From a virus (taxonomy: Duplodnaviria; Caudoviricetes), in the IMG/VR virus record IMGVR_UViG_3300036773_000035, positions 1-51,542 of that record: a stretch of 51,542 bases of DNA. One strand, 5' to 3'. The notes under the pieces are model-generated. The model saw only the letters and a list, made by a program, of their open reading frames with translations, ran no database searches and had not been told where the DNA came from. The translations under genes were made by a program, and so were the position numbers. Of this stretch, positions 1 through 8,480 are shown piece after piece. Every line of letters starts with the position of its first letter. The first letter of the stretch is position 1.

Positions 1-10
1 GCCAGACGGG

Positions 11-34
11 ACGGCGGGCCTGCGGGTCCGCCGT
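11..34 (+). terminator. GC-rich hairpin after the 51033-51308 ORF (across the circular join)
   Basis: ACGGCGGGCC-TGCG-GGTCCGCCGT; weak U tract. Confidence 0.45.
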
Positions 35-50
35 TCGGCATGTTCCCCAC

Positions 51-79
51 TTGAGGTTTGCTGCGTCGTACACTATAAT
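51..79 (+). promoter_or_regulatory. Sigma-A-type promoter, probably leaderless transcript
   Basis: TTGAGG-17 bp-TATAAT; ATG 7 nt downstream at 87. Confidence 0.75.
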
Positions 80-86
80 ATCTAGC

Positions 87-290
87 ATGGCCAATGAACA
101 GCACGACCGAGCGACCTTTGCCCCTGACGGGGCTGAGCTGGTCGCACTCCGCACACTGGTGGCTGGCATGTACGACGCCATGCTGCAGGAGGCACAGGCT
201 GCACACCACGTGGCACTGTACCACCGCCTCGCCACGTTCCACGACCTCCGCACCTCCTTGCGAACCGGAGGTGCCGCCGGTGGCGCGTAG
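87..290 (+). CDS. Hypothetical protein (MANEQHDRATF...)
   Basis: ATG at the predicted transcription start; overlaps the next gene start. Confidence 0.65.
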   Translation: MANEQHDRATFAPDGAELVALRTLVAGMYDAMLQEAQAAHHVALYHRLATFHDLRTSLRTGGAAGGA

Positions 291-1953
291 TAGCCCGGTC
301 CGCGTTGTCGACAAGTGGTCTCTGGGTGGTGGCGGGACGTGGAAGGACCTTGTGACTCTCCCGCCGATCGTGATCATCCTGGGTCGGTTTGTCATGTGGT
401 GGTTCAGGCACTGGAAGCTGACGGGGACACTCCTCCTGTGCGGCGCGGTGTACGTCTGGACCGGCAATAGTGTGCTGGCCATCTTGGCTGGAGTCCTGTT
501 GTGGGTTACTGTTGCGACAATCTGGTATGTAAGGGCGGGGAGGGGGGTACCCCCTCCCGAGCTTTTGCGTATCGGGAGGCAGCTACGGCACCTACTGAGG
601 ATTCGAGCGAAGTGGTCTGTCGCCTGTCGCCATGCAGGGCTTACGTCGAGACTGTCGGGTGCGGTTCCACGCATGCGTCACGTTCGCTTGATCCCCAGCG
701 GGATCGAGACTGACATCGCGTGTGGTCAGATTGGACGGACTTCGTCTGAGGTTACTGCTGGGGCGAACACTCTCGCTGCGACCCTAGGGGCGAACCACGT
801 CTCGGTAGTCGAAGTGAGCCCGGGGTCTGCTCGTTTGGTCTTAAATTGGGGAGATCCGACCAGTCGTGAACTCACCCTCAAAGACATCCCCATGCCCGCT
901 GATGGCCGCATTTGCTTCGCTCTCGACCCTGACGGTCGTCCTGCCAGCATCGACTACAACCGCTCCATGCTTCTCGTGGGTGAGACCGGTTCAGGCAAGT
1001 CCAACGTGATCTGGGCACTCATCGCTGGTCTGAACGAGGCTGGGATCCCTTATCGCCTTCGTATTATTGACCCCGCAGGCGGTGTCGAGCTGTCGTTGCT
1101 GCAGAACAGCCCGCACACCAAGGTGTACTGCGACAAGGGCAGCAAGGCGGAGGAGCAGATCAATGCCACGCGTGAGGCTATGGAGGGTCGCCTGTCGTGG
1201 ATGAAGGCTCACGGGATCATCGACCTCACTGAGGAACCGATCGACGAGCAGAACCCGCTCGACATCACGATCATCGACGAGCTCCTGCTGCTTGGGGACA
1301 CCATCAAGAAGGGTGTACTCTCCCCGTTCGGTGAGATCCTGTCCGTGGGGCGAAAGGCCCGCTACGTGATCTGGGCCTGCAGCCAGCTCGCACAGGTGGA
1401 CACGCTCGGTCGAATCCGGGATCTGTTCTCCCAGCGGATCTGTCTCGCAACGAAGTCCCGCGAGATGACCGAAGCGGCTCTCGGCCCGTCTGCGGAGGCG
1501 ATGGGTGCGAAGTGCAGCAAGATCACCACGCCCGGTGTCGGGTACCAGTACACTGATGGTGCTCGCGGCTTCACCAGGATCCGCTCTGTGCACATCCCGA
1601 AGCGGGGTAGCGAACGTGCTCAGATCGCACAGGGCAAGGCTCCAGGCGTTATCCGGACAGAGGCTCGCGCGTCTGTCCTGCAGCAGAAGGAGTTGTTCAA
1701 CCGCCGCACGGCCCTGTACCGCCTGTACACGCCGAGTGGGAAGCTCCTGTACGTTGGCATCACTGCGAACCCGAACACTCGGTTCACAGAACACGCTGCG
1801 GAGAAGCCTTGGTGGCATGAGGTGGATCTCACCTCTCCGGTCATCGAGTGGTACGGCAACCGGCGCAAGGCGCTGGAGGCAGAGGAGCGGGCGATCAAGT
1901 CGGAGCGTCCGGTATACAACGTAGTTCACGCATTGCTGAAGGAGCACTCATGA
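280..1953 (+). CDS. Membrane-anchored FtsK/SpoIIIE (TraB-like) DNA translocase with C-terminal GIY-YIG nuclease domain
   Basis: GGAGG RBS before GTG 280; N-terminal hydrophobic helices; Walker A GETGSGKS, Walker B ITIIDE, SQ motif; C-terminus ALYRLY...LLYVGIT...RFTEH...AEERAIK...YN. Confidence 0.85.
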   Translation: MARSSPVRVVDKWSLGGGGTWKDLVTLPPIVIILGRFVMWWFRHWKLTGTLLLCGAVYVWTGNSVLAILAGVLLWVTVATIWYVRAGRGVPPPELLRIGRQLRHLLRIRAKWSVACRHAGLTSRLSGAVPRMRHVRLIPSGIETDIACGQIGRTSSEVTAGANTLAATLGANHVSVVEVSPGSARLVLNWGDPTSRELTLKDIPMPADGRICFALDPDGRPASIDYNRSMLLVGETGSGKSNVIWALIAGLNEAGIPYRLRIIDPAGGVELSLLQNSPHTKVYCDKGSKAEEQINATREAMEGRLSWMKAHGIIDLTEEPIDEQNPLDITIIDELLLLGDTIKKGVLSPFGEILSVGRKARYVIWACSQLAQVDTLGRIRDLFSQRICLATKSREMTEAALGPSAEAMGAKCSKITTPGVGYQYTDGARGFTRIRSVHIPKRGSERAQIAQGKAPGVIRTEARASVLQQKELFNRRTALYRLYTPSGKLLYVGITANPNTRFTEHAAEKPWWHEVDLTSPVIEWYGNRRKALEAEERAIKSERPVYNVVHALLKEHS

Positions 1954-2057
1954 GCCTCTTCGAGACACCAGAGAAGCGTCTGGTCGAGATCCTACTCGGC
2001 TGGGTGCCATTTTGGGCCCTCGTGGTCCTGCTTGCCATCGCACTAGTTTGGGGGTAG
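1950..2057 (+). CDS. Small membrane protein
   Basis: ATGA overlap with upstream stop; one hydrophobic helix. Confidence 0.6.
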   Translation: MSLFETPEKRLVEILLGWVPFWALVVLLAIALVWG

Positions 2058-2058
2058 C

Positions 2059-3636
2059 ATGGACGAGTTCCAGCTCGCTGCGGAGATGTTCTTCGGACCG
2101 GTCTACGACAGGGACCCGGTTTCGTGGCTCGAGGACAAGCTGGGCTACTTCGTGTGGTCCAAGCAGAAGGAGATCCTGGAGTCGATCCAGCGGAACCGGT
2201 ACACTGCAGTACGGTCCTGCCACGACGCGGGGAAGTCGTTCATCGCGAGTGGCGCAGCGTGTTGGTGGAACTCCGTCCATCCGGTAGGGGAGTCGTTCGT
2301 GGTTAGCACGGCTCCCTCCGGACCGCAGGTGAGTGCGATCCTGTGGCGAGAGATCGAGCGGATGCACCGCAAGGGTAAGCTCCAGGGTCGCATCACCATG
2401 GGTGGCCAGCCTGAGTGGAAGATGGAGAAGGAGCTGATCGGGTACGGCCGCAAGCCGAGTGACTACGACGAAGAGGGGTTCCAGGGCATTCACGCGCTGT
2501 TCCCACTCATCGTGGTTGACGAGGCTTGCGGCATCCCGCAGCAGCTCTGGAACGCGATCGATGCACTAGCGACGAACGACAACGCGCGTGTGCTGGCGAT
2601 CGGCAACCCGGATGACGCAACGTCGCACTTCGAGACGATCTGTCGGCCGGGTAGTGGCTGGAACGTGATCCACCTGGACGGGCTGCGGACGCCGAACTTC
2701 ACGGAATCGGAGGTTGCGAAGCGTCCGCGTCTGTACCAGTACTTCGTCGACAACGAGATCCCGTTCAGCGAAGAGGAGATCCCAGATGATCTCCGCCCAC
2801 GCCTGCTCGGTGTGCAGTGGGTCTCGGAGCGGATGGACCGCTGGGGTGTCAACCGGACCGTTGACGAGGAGACCGGCAAAGCGCGCTGGGACGCCTCTCC
2901 GCTGTGGGACGCCAAGGTCCGCGGACAGTTCCCGTCGGATGGCACAGTAGGCGTGATCCCACCACTCTGGGTCGAGATGGCGAATCAGCGCTGGATCACG
3001 CAGCAGGGTACCGATCCTCTCGGGCCACGCAGCTTCCACGTCGACGTTGCGCGGTTCGGTGACGATGAGACAGCCGTGGCGACGAAGCAGGGACACGTCA
3101 TCCTGTCCGTGGAGACATGGGGGCAGCAGGACACCATGACCACGACGAACAGAGTCGCAGCTCGCATGCTTCCGCACCCACGTTCGTTCTGCAGCGTTGA
3201 CGTGATCGGCGTTGGAGCTGGCGTGGTGGACCGGTTGCGGGAGCTGCGTCTCAACGTCCAGGCGTTCAACGCGAGCAAACGTACAACCCGGAAGGACATC
3301 AGCGGTGAGTGGTCCTTCCCGAACACCCGCTCCGCTGCCTGGTGGAAGCTCCGAGAGCTGCTGGACCCTTCGAACAACCCGGTGATCGCGATTCCGCCCG
3401 ATGAGGACCTGATGGCGGAACTTTGCGCACCACGTTGGCGAGTTGCACCCGGTGCCAAGATCATCGTTGAGCAGAAGGACGAAATCCGGAAGCGACTTGG
3501 TCGTTCAACGGATAAAGCGGACACCATCGTGCAAGCGTACTGGTCCAACATCGACACGACCGAGACACTGATCGACCCGGACGACTTGTCGGTCGAATGG
3601 GGCGGAAAGTCGGACTTTGCCGTCAAATGGGACTGA
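2059..3636 (+). CDS. terL: Terminase large subunit
   Basis: Walker A SCHDAGKS, Walker B IVVDEA, coupling motif IGNP, nuclease motifs VDVARFGDD and STDKAD. Confidence 0.93.
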   Translation: MDEFQLAAEMFFGPVYDRDPVSWLEDKLGYFVWSKQKEILESIQRNRYTAVRSCHDAGKSFIASGAACWWNSVHPVGESFVVSTAPSGPQVSAILWREIERMHRKGKLQGRITMGGQPEWKMEKELIGYGRKPSDYDEEGFQGIHALFPLIVVDEACGIPQQLWNAIDALATNDNARVLAIGNPDDATSHFETICRPGSGWNVIHLDGLRTPNFTESEVAKRPRLYQYFVDNEIPFSEEEIPDDLRPRLLGVQWVSERMDRWGVNRTVDEETGKARWDASPLWDAKVRGQFPSDGTVGVIPPLWVEMANQRWITQQGTDPLGPRSFHVDVARFGDDETAVATKQGHVILSVETWGQQDTMTTTNRVAARMLPHPRSFCSVDVIGVGAGVVDRLRELRLNVQAFNASKRTTRKDISGEWSFPNTRSAAWWKLRELLDPSNNPVIAIPPDEDLMAELCAPRWRVAPGAKIIVEQKDEIRKRLGRSTDKADTIVQAYWSNIDTTETLIDPDDLSVEWGGKSDFAVKWD

Positions 3637-3671
3637 CGCATCAACCACCCGTTTATTTCCTTTCTACCATT

Positions 3672-3699
3672 TTGTTTTCTCGATCAACACAATTATACT
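3672..3699 (+). promoter_or_regulatory. Possible promoter in the AT-rich gap before the portal gene
   Basis: TTGTTT-16 bp-TATACT. Confidence 0.45.
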
Positions 3700-3771
3700 T
3701 AACACATGCGGTACTAAACGCTTACTGGTGGCTAGCCGGGTGTAACTAGGTGTATACGGGAGAGTGATACT

Positions 3772-5178
3772 GTGACTGAACCCAGTAACGGGCTCCCCCT
3801 GGGCGCGACACCCAAGACTGATGTCGAACGCGGCACACAGTTCAACATGTGGGACGGCTCGCTCGTCTTCTCGAACTTCGGTTCTGGCGAGATCTGGGAC
3901 TACATCGAACCGTCGGTCACTGCACTGCGGGACATGCTCGACCAGGACGGTGCTGCGTCCAAACTGGAGATGGCGCTTACACTCCCTGTGCGACGCGCGG
4001 GATGGTCGATCAAGGGCTACCCAGGTGACGAGGCAATCGCTGAGGACGTCACGGACAAGCTAACCCGACCAGGTATCGACGGTGGGATGCTGACACCGAT
4101 GCAGGAAGTCGTTTCACAGATGACGTCCGCGTTCACGTACCGTCGGTCGTACCACGAGAAGGTCTTCACGCGCGTGGGGAACGACATCACCTACGAGAAG
4201 ATCGCGTACCGTCCGCCGGAGAGCTGCATCATGCTCCGCGATCCGGACAACGGGGATCTGCGCGGGTTCAAGCAGTGGAAGTACAACGAACCGGACATGG
4301 TGGAGATCACCCGTCCGTACGCGATGGTGTACGTCCACGGAACGCATAGAGAGCCGATCCGTGGTTACAGCGACCTGCGGGTCGTGTGGAAGAACTACGA
4401 GCTGAAGCAGAAGGTCAAGTTCCTGTGGTTCACCTTCCTCGAGTCGCTCTCGCTGCCGAGGATCATTGTCAAGGGCACCAGCCCCGAGAGTGCGAAGCAG
4501 GCAGCGCAGGCCATCGCAGCTCTGCGGAACGCTGGCGTGGCTGGTGTTCCTTCAAGTTGGATGGACGGTGACCCGACGGTCCTGGATGTCGGTGGCCAGG
4601 GTGCCGCGGAGTACCAGAACGCGATCACGTACCTCGATGCGGACAGCGCTAACTCCATCCTGGCGAGCTTCACGGACCTGTCGAAGAACGCGTCCATGGC
4701 GGGTGCTGGGTCTTACGCACTCGCGAAGAACGACACCGACTTCTTCACCGACATGCTCAGTGCGTACGCCACTGAGATGGGACTCTGCCTCACCAACGAG
4801 GTCGTCGCGGACCTGGTTCGTTATAACTATGGGACCGGACAGAAGGTACCTCGTTTCGAGATCGGTGCGCTCTCCGGTGATGACGTGGCAACGTCGATGG
4901 ACCTGTTGAAGACGGTCGCGGTTGCTACGCAGGTGAACCTCCCAGACGAGTTCGTGAACGACCTCGTGATGGAGGTCGCGAAGTTCCTCAACATGGACCT
5001 CGACAAGGTGCAGGCGTCGATTGCAGACCGTGCGGCGAAGTTGGAGCAGGCAGCGCAGGATGCGAGGCAGGCTGCAATGGCGAAGGTGCAAGCCGCTGCA
5101 GACGTTGGTACGAAGGTCGTGCAGCAGGCAGCACAGCAGAATGGCACCTCCCCGTCTGCACAGGGAGGTGCCAAGTGA
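3772..5178 (+). CDS. Portal protein (Mu gp29/DUF935-like)
   Basis: Follows terL; 468 aa; EKVF, G-SDLR, GSYAL and LVRYNYG motifs typical of this family. Confidence 0.85.
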   Translation: MTEPSNGLPLGATPKTDVERGTQFNMWDGSLVFSNFGSGEIWDYIEPSVTALRDMLDQDGAASKLEMALTLPVRRAGWSIKGYPGDEAIAEDVTDKLTRPGIDGGMLTPMQEVVSQMTSAFTYRRSYHEKVFTRVGNDITYEKIAYRPPESCIMLRDPDNGDLRGFKQWKYNEPDMVEITRPYAMVYVHGTHREPIRGYSDLRVVWKNYELKQKVKFLWFTFLESLSLPRIIVKGTSPESAKQAAQAIAALRNAGVAGVPSSWMDGDPTVLDVGGQGAAEYQNAITYLDADSANSILASFTDLSKNASMAGAGSYALAKNDTDFFTDMLSAYATEMGLCLTNEVVADLVRYNYGTGQKVPRFEIGALSGDDVATSMDLLKTVAVATQVNLPDEFVNDLVMEVAKFLNMDLDKVQASIADRAAKLEQAAQDARQAAMAKVQAAADVGTKVVQQAAQQNGTSPSAQGGAK

Positions 5179-5180
5179 CT

Positions 5181-5513
5181 TCAGAACCAACCGAGTTCCG
5201 ACATCTGCAACTCGCACTCCTGCCACCACAGCGCTGCCTTGCGAGCGCGGAGCTCCCTCTCGTACTGGACAGCGGTCCAGAAGGTTCCGTCCTCCAGCAG
5301 TTCCTTCCAACGCAGCGCCAGCGCATGTGCGGCATCGACGTTGTGCTGAAGGACCTTCCTGCCCTTCGTGACGAAGGCGTAGCGGTCCTTGGTCTCCTGC
5401 ATGGCCCAGAACATCTGGGTCCCAAGTCCAACTCCGACCTCCGCACACCACCCTGAGAGCTCCGACCGGACCTCCTCGGTCCAGAAGCCGTCCTGCGTCT
5501 GCTGTTCGCTCAT
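5181..5513 (-). CDS. Hypothetical protein, antisense moron-like gene
   Basis: 110 aa from MSEQQTQDGFW; fills the gap exactly; has its own promoter. Confidence 0.7.
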   Translation of the reverse strand: MSEQQTQDGFWTEEVRSELSGWCAEVGVGLGTQMFWAMQETKDRYAFVTKGRKVLQHNVDAAHALALRWKELLEDGTFWTAVQYERELRARKAALWWQECELQMSELGWF

Positions 5514-5519
5514 AGTTAA

Positions 5520-5548
5520 AGTATATGAGGTTCCCGTGTGCCTTTCAA
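5520..5548 (-). promoter_or_regulatory. Sigma-A-type promoter, leaderless
   Basis: TTGAAA-17 bp-TATACT; ATG 6 nt downstream. Confidence 0.8.
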
Positions 5549-5577
5549 GAGGGTTCCCGAAATTGAGGTGGTGAATT

Positions 5578-5922
5578 ATGCCGGCAACAGCAATCCCCGT
5601 GACGACCATCGATCGCACTGGGACCGCTCCGCCGTCCGAGGTCGCGATGGACCTCACCAACGGTAACGTGCTCAACGGCAACAACGGCGTGGGGCAGTGG
5701 ATCGAGGTCACCAACACCGGTGGGTCGACCGCAACACTGACGATCGCGCAGCTCGGTGTCCAAGACGGTGTAGCGAGTCCGGGCAAGGTGTTCAGCCTTG
5801 CGACCACGGTCAAGCGCCGCATCGGACCGTTCCCCATCGGGATCTACGGTGCGTCGGTTTCCCTGACGCCGCAGTCCGGATCGACGATCACGATCATGGG
5901 CTACCAGCTCGCAGCGGGGTGA
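5578..5922 (+). CDS. Hypothetical, probably virion-associated beta-rich protein
   Basis: GAGGTGG RBS; Thr/Gly-rich; lies in the head module. Confidence 0.7.
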   Translation: MPATAIPVTTIDRTGTAPPSEVAMDLTNGNVLNGNNGVGQWIEVTNTGGSTATLTIAQLGVQDGVASPGKVFSLATTVKRRIGPFPIGIYGASVSLTPQSGSTITIMGYQLAAG

Positions 5923-5925
5923 CGG

Positions 5926-7215
5926 ATGAGCAAAGACACGGCGCGGTTGTCGTCAACGCCGCACCCATTGGGCTCGAAGCCCTTGTACAACACGCCGGGT
6001 CTGTCGTTGCCGCCGTACATCCAGAACATCGCGAACGCCTTGATGAAGCAGGAGGGGTTCGAGAAGGCACGAGCGATCGCGACTGCCATCTCGCGCTGCC
6101 GTGTGTGGGCATCGGGCGGCGGTGGTGTGAGTCCGGCAGTCAAAGCCGCGGCTGCTAAGGCAATCGCACAGCTGGACCTGGCACGAGCGAAGGCGAAGGC
6201 TACTCCCAACAAGGGCGAGGGTAACGCTTCTAAGGCGGGGATGCCCTCTTTTAGCTTGGCGTACGAGTATGCGCAGTCGCTGGACTTGCTCCTTGCGATC
6301 CGCCACGTTCGTACGCCTGCTGGAGAGCGGTTTTACAAGAAGCCGATCGGTTCTCTGATCGTGACGGACAAGCTGGGTCAGGCGAAGAAGGTGTTGGCCA
6401 AGGACAGCACGTTCACGATCGGTGGCAAGCAGCACAGGCTGGTCGGTGTCACACCCGATGGTGAGAAGGTGAAACTCCAGAATCAGGAGTCCGGCAAGAC
6501 GATCACGATGGATCCGGACCAGCTTCCAGGGTCGAAGGTGTCCAACTACCGAGCAGCTTCGGACCTGAAGGTCGGTACGAAGATGCGTCGTGAGCGTGCT
6601 GCGGCGATGCGGAACGCGGGAGTCAAGCCGACACCGAAGGCTCCGACGGAGCCGACAGTGCAGCAGCCGAAGTCGTACCAGAAGGGAACTGGTCGCAACC
6701 GGGACAAGATCGACACGGACCTGTACTCCGCACTCGAGTCAAAGGGGATGTTCACGGACGCTGAGCGAGAGTACATCTCGCTGTACGGAGCTTCCGGGTA
6801 CAAGCCTCTGAACAAGACACTGCGGAGTAAGTCGCCGGACGGAATGCAAGCACAGGCTAGCATGGACTTCACGTACCAGGAGTTCGCTGACGGGTTGCTG
6901 TCCGCGATGGAGAAGCGTGCGACAACGCGGGACATGGTGACGTTCCGCGGGGTCGGCTACAAAGCTGCAGACCTCAACAACGTCAAGTTGGGAGACACGA
7001 TCCACGACGCGGGGTTCATGTCAACGTCGCTGGATGCGGAAGTCTCCTCTCACAGCTTCGGCAAGGTCGGGAAGCTGCTCCAGATCACCATTCCGAAGGG
7101 TACCCCAGCACTACGCCCTTCGGATTGGGAGGCAGAGATCCTTTTGGGTCCGGGAACGAACCTGAAGGTCGTGAAGGTTGGACAGAGGTACATCGAGGTG
7201 GTGGTAGTTGAATGA
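5926..7215 (+). CDS. Head-module protein with C-terminal ADP-ribosyltransferase (VIP2/C3-like, R-S-E clade)
   Basis: GYKPLNKTLR, TFRG, FMSTS and WEAEILL (ExE) motifs. Confidence 0.85.
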   Translation: MSKDTARLSSTPHPLGSKPLYNTPGLSLPPYIQNIANALMKQEGFEKARAIATAISRCRVWASGGGGVSPAVKAAAAKAIAQLDLARAKAKATPNKGEGNASKAGMPSFSLAYEYAQSLDLLLAIRHVRTPAGERFYKKPIGSLIVTDKLGQAKKVLAKDSTFTIGGKQHRLVGVTPDGEKVKLQNQESGKTITMDPDQLPGSKVSNYRAASDLKVGTKMRRERAAAMRNAGVKPTPKAPTEPTVQQPKSYQKGTGRNRDKIDTDLYSALESKGMFTDAEREYISLYGASGYKPLNKTLRSKSPDGMQAQASMDFTYQEFADGLLSAMEKRATTRDMVTFRGVGYKAADLNNVKLGDTIHDAGFMSTSLDAEVSSHSFGKVGKLLQITIPKGTPALRPSDWEAEILLGPGTNLKVVKVGQRYIEVVVVE

Positions 7216-7343
7216 CGGATCCCACGGATCATAGCGACAAGTTCGCGTACGAGGACGACGAAGAGGTCGAGATCGTACCTGAGGGTGGTGTGAACCCGCT
7301 CGACGCGAGCGACGAACCCGACGAAGCAGCCAAGTCCAACTAA
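7212..7343 (+). CDS. 43-aa highly acidic peptide coupled to the ART gene (not in ORF track)
   Basis: ATGA overlap; MTDPTDHSDKFAYEDDEEVEIVPEGGVNPLDASDEPDEAAKSN. Confidence 0.65.
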   Translation: MTDPTDHSDKFAYEDDEEVEIVPEGGVNPLDASDEPDEAAKSN

Positions 7344-7344
7344 C

Positions 7345-7437
7345 GCATTACGCCCTTAGCCCGTGTTTCTCTAGTGCTAGCACATAAGGGAAGAGCTAAA
7401 AGGATATAGCGACCCGGGTTAAACGCGTAATGCCATG
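7345..7437. repeat. 93-bp structured dispersed repeat, copy 1
   Basis: 79/93 ungapped identity to 43892-43984; terminal inverted repeat. Confidence 0.9.
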
Positions 7438-7457
7438 TAACCCAGATGGAGGTGAAC

Positions 7458-8477
7458 ATGACCGACACCACTGTGATGATCAGCCCGAGGTTCGAAGAGG
7501 ACGTAATCGAGCTGGGGAACAACACCTTCAAGCGCAAGGTGCTCCCGAAGGGTACGATCACGTACAAGGGTCAGAAGGTGACCTTCAACGACAAGTTCCT
7601 CGACAACGTGGTGACGTCGTTCAAGGCCAACCCGTTCGACCAGACGTCGTTCATGCTGGCGGACAGTGACAACAAGCACACGCTCGACCCCAAGCAGTGG
7701 GGTGGAGAGGTGACCGGGCTGGAGAAGCAGGCTGACGGCCTGTGGGCGTACTTCAACCTGGCGAACGACGCCGCGGAGCTCATCCGCAAGAACAAGAAGA
7801 TGGGCGTCAGCTGCGGCATCAAGGTGAACTACGCCGATGCCAAGTCCGGCAAGGTGTACCCTGCGGCACTGCACCACGTGCTGGGTACGCTGGACGCCAA
7901 GGTGACCGGCATGGGTGAGTGGCAGGAGGTGACCCTCTCCAACGAAGGCGAGATCCTCCAGGACCTCTCCGACACGAAGTGGGTGACGACCACTCCTCCT
8001 GTGCGGAAGCCGGGAACGAAGGTGCAGCCGACCCAGCAGCAGCTGGACGACGCTGCGTACGCGATCGCGCTGTCGCTCGCGAACGACGATGAGGGAGGTG
8101 ACAACGTGGACGACGCGAAGGACAAGGGTGTGACGCAAGCTGGTCCGGATCTGACCCTCGCGAACGAGCGGATCGGTGCTCTCGAGATCGAGCTGGCGAA
8201 CGCTCGCTTCGACCGTGAGGCGAAGGACCTGATCGACGCGGGTGTGCCACCGGCGCTCATCAAGCTGGCGGAGCCGGTTCTCCGGCTGCCGCAGCCGCCA
8301 GTAATCGAGCTGGCCAACAACGAGGACAACGTCGAGGTGGCGGAAGTCATCCGGGCGATCCTCAACGAGTCCAAGGGCCTTCTCAAGCTCGCGAACGAAC
8401 AGGGTAACTCCGGTGACGGTGGGGACCCCGACGAGCAGTACGAGGCCAAGATCCTCAAGCAGTGGAAGGTGGGCTGA
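7458..8477 (+). CDS. Capsid maturation protease/scaffold (Mu I-like)
   Basis: GGAGGTG RBS; lies before decoration and capsid genes; N-terminal protease-like region and helical C-terminus. Confidence 0.75.
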   Translation: MTDTTVMISPRFEEDVIELGNNTFKRKVLPKGTITYKGQKVTFNDKFLDNVVTSFKANPFDQTSFMLADSDNKHTLDPKQWGGEVTGLEKQADGLWAYFNLANDAAELIRKNKKMGVSCGIKVNYADAKSGKVYPAALHHVLGTLDAKVTGMGEWQEVTLSNEGEILQDLSDTKWVTTTPPVRKPGTKVQPTQQQLDDAAYAIALSLANDDEGGDNVDDAKDKGVTQAGPDLTLANERIGALEIELANARFDREAKDLIDAGVPPALIKLAEPVLRLPQPPVIELANNEDNVEVAEVIRAILNESKGLLKLANEQGNSGDGGDPDEQYEAKILKQWKVG

Positions 8478-8480
8478 CGC

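Larger units (their letters stand above)
1..233 (+). repeat. Terminal direct repeat or circular overlap, copy 1
   Basis: Identical to 51310-51542 except A106 versus C51415. Confidence 0.95.

Noticed and set aside
94-279. N-terminal extension of the 619-aa FtsK ORF
   Set aside because: It overlaps the leaderless 87-290 ORF, reads as low-quality sequence, and a good RBS with GTG exists at 280
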